Positions 1-7,554 of a DNA stretch of 52,356 bases are shown here, in pieces. The stretch spans positions 1 to 52,356 of the forward strand of contig JAIRKI010000008.1 of NCBI GenBank assembly GCA_031260185.1, written 5' to 3'. Within the stretch, counting starts at the first letter, position 1, and every line of letters starts with the position of its first letter. The translations under genes were made by a program, and so were the position numbers. The notes below the pieces were generated by a model. That model was not told the origin of the DNA, did not search any database, and saw only the letters and a list, made by a program, of their open reading frames with translations. This DNA comes from Synergistaceae bacterium (GTDB taxonomy: Bacteria; Synergistota; Synergistia; Synergistales; Synergistaceae).

Positions 1-825
1 AATTATGAGCATTTCTTTCGAGGCACATTGGACGGGCAAAAAAAAGTTATATCGAATATAACCGTAATTGTTCAGCCGCCAAGTGAATGGGGCGGGGCAT
101 TCACAGGTTTTGTCGGTAGCAATTACGGAACTATCAAAGACATCGGTTTAACTGAAATCTCCATTTCCGGTGTCAACGACGGACTCGTTTTCGCCGGTGG
201 ACTGGTGGGGTGGAATTATGGGGCGATAACGGATTGCGTGGCAGAAAACAGTTATGTTGACTTAACCGGTTACGGATGCGTCGCGGGCGGACTCGTGGGG
301 TCGAATGAAGGAACGATAACAGGCTGCAAGGCAAGCAACAGTACAATTTCAACATCCGACCCCGTATCCAATGTTGGCGTGACCGCGGGTGGACTCGTAG
401 GTCAGATTAGGTCTGGGGGAACGATAACAGATTGCGTTGTGAGCGGCGGTAAAGTCACGGCTACCGCTACCGCCATGAATGATGAAGCAGCCTCCTCGGG
501 CGGTCTCATCGGACTCATAGGTTGGTCTGGGGGAACGATAACAGATTGCGTTGTGAGTGACGGTAAAGTCACGGCTACCGTCATGAATGGTGAAGCCTAC
601 TCGGGCGGTTTCGTCGGCGGTGTTTCCAGAAGCAATTTATCCGGTTGCGTTGTGAGTGACGGTAAAGTCACGGCTACCGCCATGAATGGTAAAGCCTACT
701 CGGGCGGTTTCGTCGGCGGTGTTGCCGAGAGCAATTTATCCGGCAACACTACCACCATCACCGAACTGCCCGCGATAGGTTCTGATGAAAGATTGTCCCC
801 GCCCGGCCCCAGCAACGATATCTAG
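1..825 (+). CDS. GLUG-motif repeat protein, C-terminal part (ORF open to the left window edge)
   Basis: Frame 1 is open from nt 1 (NYEHFFRGTLDGQKKVISNITV...) with a stop at 823-825. Repeated GGLVG/GGFVGG plus TITDC/LSGC units are typical of GLUG-type adhesin-like repeats. Confidence 0.55.
   Translation, partial: NYEHFFRGTLDGQKKVISNITVIVQPPSEWGGAFTGFVGSNYGTIKDIGLTEISISGVNDGLVFAGGLVGWNYGAITDCVAENSYVDLTGYGCVAGGLVGSNEGTITGCKASNSTISTSDPVSNVGVTAGGLVGQIRSGGTITDCVVSGGKVTATATAMNDEAASSGGLIGLIGWSGGTITDCVVSDGKVTATVMNGEAYSGGFVGGVSRSNLSGCVVSDGKVTATAMNGKAYSGGFVGGVAESNLSGNTTTITELPAIGSDERLSPPGPSNDI
436..747 (+). repeat. In-frame tandem coding repeats: one diverged 114-nt unit, then two near-identical 99-nt units (550-648, 649-747)
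   Basis: VVSDGKVTATVMNGEAYSGGFVGGVSRSNLSGC and VVSDGKVTATAMNGKAYSGGFVGGVAESNLSGN are encoded by almost identical DNA. Confidence 0.8.
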
Positions 826-932
826 GAGAAGATTCAACACCGTTCGGCTCATTTCATCGATCCGCCCTCGCTCCGCCCCTGAAGAATCACGCCCGTAGGG
901 GACGGCGGGGGCGGTGTTGTGAATTTGGGGTG

Positions 933-961
933 TGGACAAAATATTTTTCCGGGCGTATACT
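933..961 (+). promoter_or_regulatory. Sigma70-like promoter upstream of the AraC-type gene
   Basis: TGGACA (933-938), a 17-nt spacer, then TATACT (956-961), about 40 nt upstream of the ATG at 1003. Confidence 0.35.
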
Positions 962-1002
962 TTCCCCTGATTTTTACCGGAAACGCGGAGGCTGATCTGA
1001 AT

Positions 1003-1419
1003 ATGAAGAGCATAGCCGGGTCAGGCGGGCCGAGGGTGACGGACGCGGCCGACAGATACGCGGACAATATATCAGATTGTTCCGGGGGCAAAAATACGGA
1101 CGTCATTTACCGCGCCGTGAGTTATATAAGCCGGAATTATTCGAAAAAGATCACTTTGGAAGACGTGGCGAGGGAGGTTTATTTATCGCCGGCGTATTTA
1201 TGCAAAATATTTAAAAAAGAAGTGGGATGCAATTTCAACAAGTATTTGAACCGGCTGAGGATAGAAAAGAGCAAGGAGTTATTGTCGCTGCGCGGCAGCC
1301 GTATTGGCGATGTCGTGGCGACAGTGGGATTCGGGGATCACAGCTACTTCACCAAGGTATTCAAACGGGTCGTCGGCGTGTCCCCGAAGCGTTTCAGGAA
1401 ATCCCCGAAGGCCGCGTAA
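1003..1419 (+). CDS. AraC-family HTH transcriptional regulator, short form (DNA-binding domain only)
   Basis: ITLEDVAREVYLSPAYLCKIFKKEVG...GFGDHSYFTKVFKRVVGVSPKRFRK is a classic AraC double HTH. The start is moved to the ATG at 1003 because the predicted promoter lies inside the longer ORF (919). Confidence 0.75.
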   Translation: MKSIAGSGGPRVTDAADRYADNISDCSGGKNTDVIYRAVSYISRNYSKKITLEDVAREVYLSPAYLCKIFKKEVGCNFNKYLNRLRIEKSKELLSLRGSRIGDVVATVGFGDHSYFTKVFKRVVGVSPKRFRKSPKAA

Positions 1420-1476
1420 GAGGTTTCACGCCGCTTTATCAGCGTATATCCGTAAGTTCCGAGGAGGTATTAGAAT

Positions 1477-2112
1477 ATGTCGGTATTTGACGAAATTTCC
1501 GAACAAGTTCAGAACGGCAGGGTGAAGGGCGTCAAAGAACTGGTTCAGAAGGCCATCGACGACAAAACGGACGCGAAGGAGATTCTGGAGAAAGGCTTAT
1601 TGGCGGGCATGGACATTATAGGTGAAAAATTCAGAACGAACGAGATTTTCGTCCCCCAGGTGCTTCTGGCGGCCCGCGCCATGAACGCGGGAACGGCGCT
1701 TCTGAAACCCTTTTTGACCCGGGCGGGCGTGAAGGCAAGCGGCAAAGTGGTCATCGGCACGGTCAAGGGCGACCTTCACGACATAGGCAAAAATCTCGTC
1801 AAGCTGATGATGGAGGGCAAGGGTCTCGAGGTGTTCGACCTCGGCGCGAACGTCGATCCCGAGAAATACATCGAGACCGCGAAGAAGGAAGATTGCGACA
1901 TCATCGCCATGTCCGCGCTTCTCACGACCACCATGTCGGTAATGCCGGATGTCGTCGACGCCGCCAGGAAGGCCGGGATCCGCGACAAGGTCAAGATAAT
2001 GGTCGGCGGCGCGCCCATCACCCAGGCCTACTGCGAGCGGATCGGCGCGGATTACTACACGTCCGACGCCGCGTCGGCGGCCGACGTCGCGGCGCGAATA
2101 TGCGGATCTTGA
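1477..2112 (+). CDS. Cobalamin-binding corrinoid protein (MtaC/MtbC-like, B12 cap + Rossmann domain)
   Basis: DxHxxG motif (GDLHDIGKNLV), followed by MSALLTTTM and MVGGAP. GAGGAGG RBS at 1461-1467. Confidence 0.85.
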   Translation: MSVFDEISEQVQNGRVKGVKELVQKAIDDKTDAKEILEKGLLAGMDIIGEKFRTNEIFVPQVLLAARAMNAGTALLKPFLTRAGVKASGKVVIGTVKGDLHDIGKNLVKLMMEGKGLEVFDLGANVDPEKYIETAKKEDCDIIAMSALLTTTMSVMPDVVDAARKAGIRDKVKIMVGGAPITQAYCERIGADYYTSDAASAADVAARICGS

Positions 2113-2156
2113 AAAAATAATATCTCCCCGGATCCGCCGGGGGATATTCGACAACG

Positions 2157-3104
2157 ATGCCGATCAAGATTCCGAACGACCTTCCCGCCGCCAAAGTCCT
2201 CGCGCGCGAAAATGTAATGGTGATAACCGAACTGCGGGCCGTTCATCAGGACATCCGCCCCCTGAAAATCGCCGTGCTGAATCTCATGCCGAACAAGAGC
2301 GACACCGAACTTCAGTTGCTGCGGCTGCTCGGCGGGACGTCGCTCCAGGTGGAAGTCGATTTTCTCCACGTCGCGTCGCACATATCGAAGAACACGCCGT
2401 TATCTCATCTCGAAACATTTTACAAAACGTTCGCGAGCGTCCGAGACCAATGTTACGACGGCATGATAATAACGGGCGCGCCTGTGGAGAAACTGCCGTT
2501 CGAGCGCGTCGATTACTGGACGGAATTGTGTTCCGTCTTGGAATGGAGCAAATATAACGTCTACTCGACCTTCCACATCTGCTGGGGCGCCCAGGCGGGG
2601 CTGTACTATCATTACGGCGTTGAGAAATATCCGCTCGGCCGGAAACTCAGCGGCGTTTTCACCCACCGCAGCGTCATGCCGAATCATCCGCTGCTGTGGG
2701 GTTTCGACGACGTGTATTACGCGCCGCATTCGAGATACACGGGCATACGCGCAGAGGATTTGAGAACGCGCCCGCGATTGCGGATGATTTCCCTCTCGGA
2801 GGACGCCGGCGCGTATATAATCGACAGCGCGGACGGCAGGAACATTTTCGTCACCGGACATTCCGAGTACGACCGCGCGACTCTCGCCGACGAATACGCG
2901 AGGGACGCCGGCATGAACGGCGTCCCGGCAAACTATTTCCCGAATGACGACCCGAAAGAGCGGCCCGTGATGAAGTGGGGCGCTCACGCCAATCTTTTGT
3001 TCCGCAACTGGACCAACTTCGTGATTTACCCGAATACGCCGTATGATCTCGCCTCGCTGCGCGAAACGATCACGCGGCGGCGTGACGGCGATTCGGATGC
3101 GTAA
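2157..3104 (+). CDS. metA: Homoserine O-acyltransferase (MetA family)
   Basis: N-terminus MPIKIPNDLPAAKVLARENVMVI...IRPLKIAVLNLMPNK and 315 aa length are typical of MetA. Confidence 0.9.
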   Translation: MPIKIPNDLPAAKVLARENVMVITELRAVHQDIRPLKIAVLNLMPNKSDTELQLLRLLGGTSLQVEVDFLHVASHISKNTPLSHLETFYKTFASVRDQCYDGMIITGAPVEKLPFERVDYWTELCSVLEWSKYNVYSTFHICWGAQAGLYYHYGVEKYPLGRKLSGVFTHRSVMPNHPLLWGFDDVYYAPHSRYTGIRAEDLRTRPRLRMISLSEDAGAYIIDSADGRNIFVTGHSEYDRATLADEYARDAGMNGVPANYFPNDDPKERPVMKWGAHANLLFRNWTNFVIYPNTPYDLASLRETITRRRDGDSDA

Positions 3105-3408
3105 CGGGCGCGATCACCCGCATCCCCGTGAATACCGTCACGTCCATTCGCCTAAGGATCGGAAAGCCATCCTGAACCGCCTCTCGCGCGCGATAGGGCA
3201 CTTGGAATCGATCAAACGGATGGTGGAGGATGACAGGGACTGCGGTGAAGTCCTGGTGCAGCTTGCCGCTGTCCGCTCGGCCGTCACCGGCACGGGCAAG
3301 ATCATAATGCTCCAGCACATCGAGCACTGCATCGTCGACGCCGTGCGAAACGACGAACCCCGGCGAATAGACGAACTGAAAGAAGCGATAAACCGGTTCA
3401 TAAAGTAG
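3097..3408 (+). CDS. CsoR/RcnR-family metal-sensing transcriptional repressor (DUF156)
   Basis: DRKAILNRLSRAIGHLESIKRMVEDDRDC...LQHIEHC gives Cys, then His 25 residues later, then Cys at +4 (x-C-H-C fingerprint). The ATG at 3097 overlaps the metA stop by 8 nt. Confidence 0.8.
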   Translation: MRNGRDHPHPREYRHVHSPKDRKAILNRLSRAIGHLESIKRMVEDDRDCGEVLVQLAAVRSAVTGTGKIIMLQHIEHCIVDAVRNDEPRRIDELKEAINRFIK

Positions 3409-3514
3409 GGGCGAACCCGTGTGCCCGCCCGTGAGCCTAATCTGTATATGTTCGCCGGGTCATCGGGTTCCCGAACACACGCCCAATCAACGCATATTCG
3501 AGGAGGTCCTGCTT

Positions 3515-4909
3515 ATGGCAAGGAAAGAGTTCACAAGCACCGCGTACACCGATCTGAAGGATTTCATCTTCGGTTCGGCGAAGTATCCCGTCAAGCTGAA
3601 AAACGGAATGGTAATCGGCGGCGGCGACGTTTACCCAGAGTTGAACTTCACGCTCCCGACGATGGTTCTCAACGACGACACATGGCCGGCGGCGATAGGG
3701 CACTACAGGGAAATAATCACCAAGACCTGCGAGCGCGCGTATGAGCTGGAATGTCCCGGTTTCACCTGCGAGCTGGAGACTCTCCCCGACATGACCTTCA
3801 AGCCCGAGTGGTGCGTCGAGGCAACGAAGGTCTGCTGCGACATAATCAGCGAATTTCAGTCCAAAAAGGGCATCAGGGGCGCGTTCCGCATCACTCCCAA
3901 CGACAACCGCGAGGGCGACCAGGTCCGGCACATGTACAAGGGCGACCGCTGGGACGAGACCATGAAGGCGTTCGAGGGAAGCGGCAAAGCGAAGGGCGAC
4001 ACCGACCTAATCTTCGCGATCGAGACGATCGGCGGCAAGGAAATTCACGACGACGCCCTCATGATGTGCGACCTCAAAAAGGACGTATTCGCCATGGCGG
4101 CGGTGGCCTGCCCCGATATGGAGAGGATATGGACGGCGATAGTGGATATCGCCCGTAAGACCGACACGATACCTGGCGGCGACACCGCGTGCGGTCTCGC
4201 CAATACCGCTATGGTTCTTGCCGAGAAAAACTATATCCCGCGCGTGTTCGCGGCGATGGATCGCGTCATGGCCGGCGTCAGAAGCCTCGTCGCGGTCGAG
4301 GCCGGCTGCGTTGGCCCCGACAAGGACTGCGGTTACGAGGGGCCTTACGTCAAAGCCATCAGCGGCATCCCGATCGCGATGGAGGGAAAGACGGCTTCCT
4401 GCGCCCACCTCAGCGCCTGCGGAAACATCCCGATGTGCGTGTGCGACCTGTGGTCAAACGAATCAGTGCAGAACATCCAGCTGCTCTCAGGCATAGCCCC
4501 GATCGCGTCCTTCGAGACACTGGAATACGACTGCCGCATGCTGCGCACCGCCAAAAAAAAAGGTTTCGGGGAACAGATGCGGGAAATTCTCTGCGATTCC
4601 GACAGTCTCATCGACCCTCACGCGTGGATACTGCGCCCGGACGTCGTGCTCGATATATCAAAGGGCATCGTGAAGGAGACCGGCTATTACGACAGGGTCA
4701 AGGCCGCGTGCAGGCTCTCGCTGGAATCCATCAGGAAGGGCAGCGACAGCGGCAAGCTCCGCCTCGGCGACAAAGAGAAGGATTGGCTCGGACAGCTTCT
4801 CACCGCGGCGGAAGAATTGCCAGACACGCTCGACGAGCTGTGGGATGAAGTGAAGGACGACTGCGACAAGTTCAATCCCAAAAAGTACGACCTGCCCTAT
4901 GAATTCTGA
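3515..4909 (+). CDS. MtaB-like methanol(or other substrate):corrinoid methyltransferase
   Basis: MARKEFTSTAYTDLKDFIFGSAKYPVKL... resembles the Methanosarcina MtaB N-terminus (MAVKRYTSMAY...FGVSKYPVK, from memory). GAGGAGG RBS precedes the ATG at 3515. About 465 aa. Confidence 0.7.
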   Translation: MARKEFTSTAYTDLKDFIFGSAKYPVKLKNGMVIGGGDVYPELNFTLPTMVLNDDTWPAAIGHYREIITKTCERAYELECPGFTCELETLPDMTFKPEWCVEATKVCCDIISEFQSKKGIRGAFRITPNDNREGDQVRHMYKGDRWDETMKAFEGSGKAKGDTDLIFAIETIGGKEIHDDALMMCDLKKDVFAMAAVACPDMERIWTAIVDIARKTDTIPGGDTACGLANTAMVLAEKNYIPRVFAAMDRVMAGVRSLVAVEAGCVGPDKDCGYEGPYVKAISGIPIAMEGKTASCAHLSACGNIPMCVCDLWSNESVQNIQLLSGIAPIASFETLEYDCRMLRTAKKKGFGEQMREILCDSDSLIDPHAWILRPDVVLDISKGIVKETGYYDRVKAACRLSLESIRKGSDSGKLRLGDKEKDWLGQLLTAAEELPDTLDELWDEVKDDCDKFNPKKYDLPYEF

Positions 4910-4942
4910 ACCGCGGGCAAACACTTCATGGAGCCTAAGCAT

Positions 4943-5899
4943 ATGACGCGCGTTACGGTCATTTCCGGTTTTTTGGGCGCGGGAAAGACGACGTTCGCGA
5001 ACCTGCTGCTGAATTATTATATAAGGAAGGGATTCAAGACGGCGTATATAGTGAACGAATTCGGCAAGGCGGAAGTGGATTCCGGCCTCATCGCCCAAAA
5101 AGGTTTCCGGACGGTCGGCATAGCGGGCGGCTGCGTATGCTGCGCGTTGCGGGGCAAGATATCGGAGGCGCTGCGCGAGGTGGTGAAAAACTTCGCGCCC
5201 GACCGCGCAGTATTTGAGCCGTCCGGAATTTTCATATTCGAGAAATTCCGGGAGATACTCGACGAACCCTTCATCAGGGAAAACTGCGGGATAGACGGCG
5301 TCATAACCGTCGTCGACAGCACGCGCGCCATGGACGCGATGTTCGTCGAAGGCAATTTCTTCGCCAACCAGGTCGCCCACGCCGACACGCTCGTCCTGAG
5401 CAAAACACAGCTTAAAGAGGCGCGCAATCCGCGCATAATCATCGATAAAATAAGAAAACTGAACGAACGCGCCGGAATCTGGGCAAAACCATGGGACAGC
5501 CTCACCGACGATGATTTCACGGCGCTCGACTCCGGCGGCGGCGCGGGATTAGACGCGGACGGCGACGATGACGGTCATGACCGTCATCATGAGCACGATC
5601 ACCATCATCATGGGGACGGGGAAGAACTTCTTCACGAGGAGTTGGATACCATAACCATCACGCCGCGCGACCTCGACGAGGCCTCTCTCGAAGAACTGAG
5701 GCGCATGACGCGGGACGGCGCGTTCGGAAAGCTCTACCGCGCGAAAGGGCGCGTTATGTATGACGGCGTTCCAAAACTGCTTCAGGCCGTGTTCGAGAGC
5801 GTTGACATCGATGAAAATCCTCCGGGGGGAGAGTGCTGCCTGACTTTTATCGGCTGCGAACTCGACGGGGCGAAAATCCGAAAATACTGGGGAGCGTGA
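4943..5899 (+). CDS. COG0523/CobW-family G3E GTPase metallochaperone with His-rich insert
   Basis: P-loop GFLGAGKTT, CxCC motif (GCVCCAL), His/Asp-rich stretch DGDDDGHDRHHEHDHHHHGDGEE (nt 5558-5626), and a CobW_C-like C-terminus. Confidence 0.85.
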   Translation: MTRVTVISGFLGAGKTTFANLLLNYYIRKGFKTAYIVNEFGKAEVDSGLIAQKGFRTVGIAGGCVCCALRGKISEALREVVKNFAPDRAVFEPSGIFIFEKFREILDEPFIRENCGIDGVITVVDSTRAMDAMFVEGNFFANQVAHADTLVLSKTQLKEARNPRIIIDKIRKLNERAGIWAKPWDSLTDDDFTALDSGGGAGLDADGDDDGHDRHHEHDHHHHGDGEELLHEELDTITITPRDLDEASLEELRRMTRDGAFGKLYRAKGRVMYDGVPKLLQAVFESVDIDENPPGGECCLTFIGCELDGAKIRKYWGA

Positions 5900-5932
5900 A
5901 ACGCGTTAAAATCACGCGGGGGAGCTGATCGA

Positions 5933-7444
5933 ATGAGGGATGACGCAACGACCGTCAAGATCAAAACCGCGCGGGGAGAGCGCGAAGTAGAAGCGGCGAT
6001 GGGGGCGAACCTGCTCGGCGTATTCCGCGCCAATGACATTCCGATAGCGGCGGGCTGCGGCGGGCGCGGAACGTGCGGCAAGTGCGGCGTCATAACGGGC
6101 GGCGTGAAAAAACTCGCCTGCGAGACAAAAGTCGAGCCGGATATGCGTGTCGAAATCGAAAACGAAGAGAACAGCTTCGCGATAGTGACCGACTACGCGG
6201 GAGGCGCGGCCGCCGCGCCTCCCGGCGAGTGCCAGCGTCCACGCGTCGCGATAGACGTCGGCACCACTACGGTGGTCTTGCAGTTGATAGACGCGTCGGA
6301 CGGGCGCGTCGTCGGGACGCGCTCGTTTCTGAACGGGCAGAGGATATACGGCGAGGATGTCGTGACGCGCATAAAGTACGCGGGCGAGGGCGGTCTGGAC
6401 ACGCTGAACCGGGCGATACGGGGCGGCCTGCTCTCCGCGTTCTGCGCGCTCTGCGCAGACGCGGGATTGGATCGCGGCCGGCCGGAATATATTTGCGTCG
6501 CCGGAAACACGACGATGATGTATCTGCTGCTGGGTCATCGCTGCGACTCTCTCGGGGCGTACCCGTTCGAGCCGGAATTCCCGATCAGGGAGCGATATAC
6601 TTTTTCGGATGTGTTCGGAAGCGACGCGTTCAGTTGTCCCGTATATCTCGTGCCGTGGGTGTCGGCCTACGTCGGCGGCGACATCACCGCGGGCCGGCTG
6701 GCCTGCCGCGCCGGACCCGATGAAACCGCGCTCCTGATCGACATGGGGACGAACGGAGAGATGATGCTGTGGTCGGGAGACAATATCCGGTGCTGTTCGA
6801 CGGCGGCGGGCCCCGCTTTCGAGGGCGGGGGGATAGAATGCGGCACGGGAAGCATTCCGGGCGCCATAAGCAAAGTCGGCCTCGCGGACGGCAAGTTTGT
6901 TTGCGAGACGATAGGCGGAGCGAGCCCGATTGGAATTTGCGGATCGGGAGCGCTCGACGCGTCCGCCTGTATGCTCAGGGGCGGATATATGGATGAAAGC
7001 GGACGCATGAACGACCCGTACTTCGGCGACGGAGTGGTCATAGCGGAGGGCGCGGGCGGCGGAAAGATAATCTTCACACAGAAGGACATAAGGGAAATTC
7101 AGCTCGCCAAGTCGGCGATCAGGGCCGGGGTGGAGATAATGCTCAAGGTATCGGAACTCTCGGCGGATCGGATCGACACCGTATACCTGGCGGGCGGGTT
7201 CGGGCAGAAACTGTGTCTCGAGAGCGCGGTCGAGATAGGCCTGATTCCGGAGGCGCTGCGGGAGAAAATCCGCGCGAGCGGCAACAGCTCGCTGGGCGGC
7301 TGCGTTAAAATCTGCCGCGACATGAAGATGATGGACGCCGCGCGCGCGCTCGCCAAAAAGGCGAGAGAGATACAGCTCAACACGCATCCCGATTTTCAGG
7401 ATCTGTTCATGGAACACATGATGTTCGGGCAGGAGGATGAATGA
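5933..7444 (+). CDS. RACo/RamA-like reductive activator of corrinoid enzymes (2Fe-2S ferredoxin domain + ASKHA ATPase, DUF4445)
   Basis: N-terminal CGGRGTCGKCGV plant-type ferredoxin motif. Acetate/sugar-kinase-like DVGTTTVV and DMGTNGEM phosphate motifs. Confidence 0.8.
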   Translation: MRDDATTVKIKTARGEREVEAAMGANLLGVFRANDIPIAAGCGGRGTCGKCGVITGGVKKLACETKVEPDMRVEIENEENSFAIVTDYAGGAAAAPPGECQRPRVAIDVGTTTVVLQLIDASDGRVVGTRSFLNGQRIYGEDVVTRIKYAGEGGLDTLNRAIRGGLLSAFCALCADAGLDRGRPEYICVAGNTTMMYLLLGHRCDSLGAYPFEPEFPIRERYTFSDVFGSDAFSCPVYLVPWVSAYVGGDITAGRLACRAGPDETALLIDMGTNGEMMLWSGDNIRCCSTAAGPAFEGGGIECGTGSIPGAISKVGLADGKFVCETIGGASPIGICGSGALDASACMLRGGYMDESGRMNDPYFGDGVVIAEGAGGGKIIFTQKDIREIQLAKSAIRAGVEIMLKVSELSADRIDTVYLAGGFGQKLCLESAVEIGLIPEALREKIRASGNSSLGGCVKICRDMKMMDAARALAKKAREIQLNTHPDFQDLFMEHMMFGQEDE

Positions 7445-7554
7445 CGGTTTGTCCGGATAATTCGGCCGCGTCCAAACCGAAACCGGAAAGCGTATACACG
7501 CTGTCATGATTATACTCTCCATCATTCTAAATGAGCCGCAAGGGGGCTTAAAAT

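Noticed and set aside
436-747. CRISPR-like repeat array
   Set aside because: The repeats are contiguous without spacers, about 99 nt long, and in frame within a coding sequence. No CRISPR array is present anywhere in the window.
919-1002. Longer start for the AraC-type regulator
   Set aside because: A good sigma70-like promoter (933-961) lies inside this extension, and the extension has no AraC-like sequence. The ATG at 1003 is preferred, although the protein is then unusually short.
5558-5626. His-rich stretch as a cloning His-tag or artefact
   Set aside because: It is internal, interspersed with Asp/Glu/Gly/Arg, and located where COG0523 proteins commonly carry natural His-rich metal-binding inserts.
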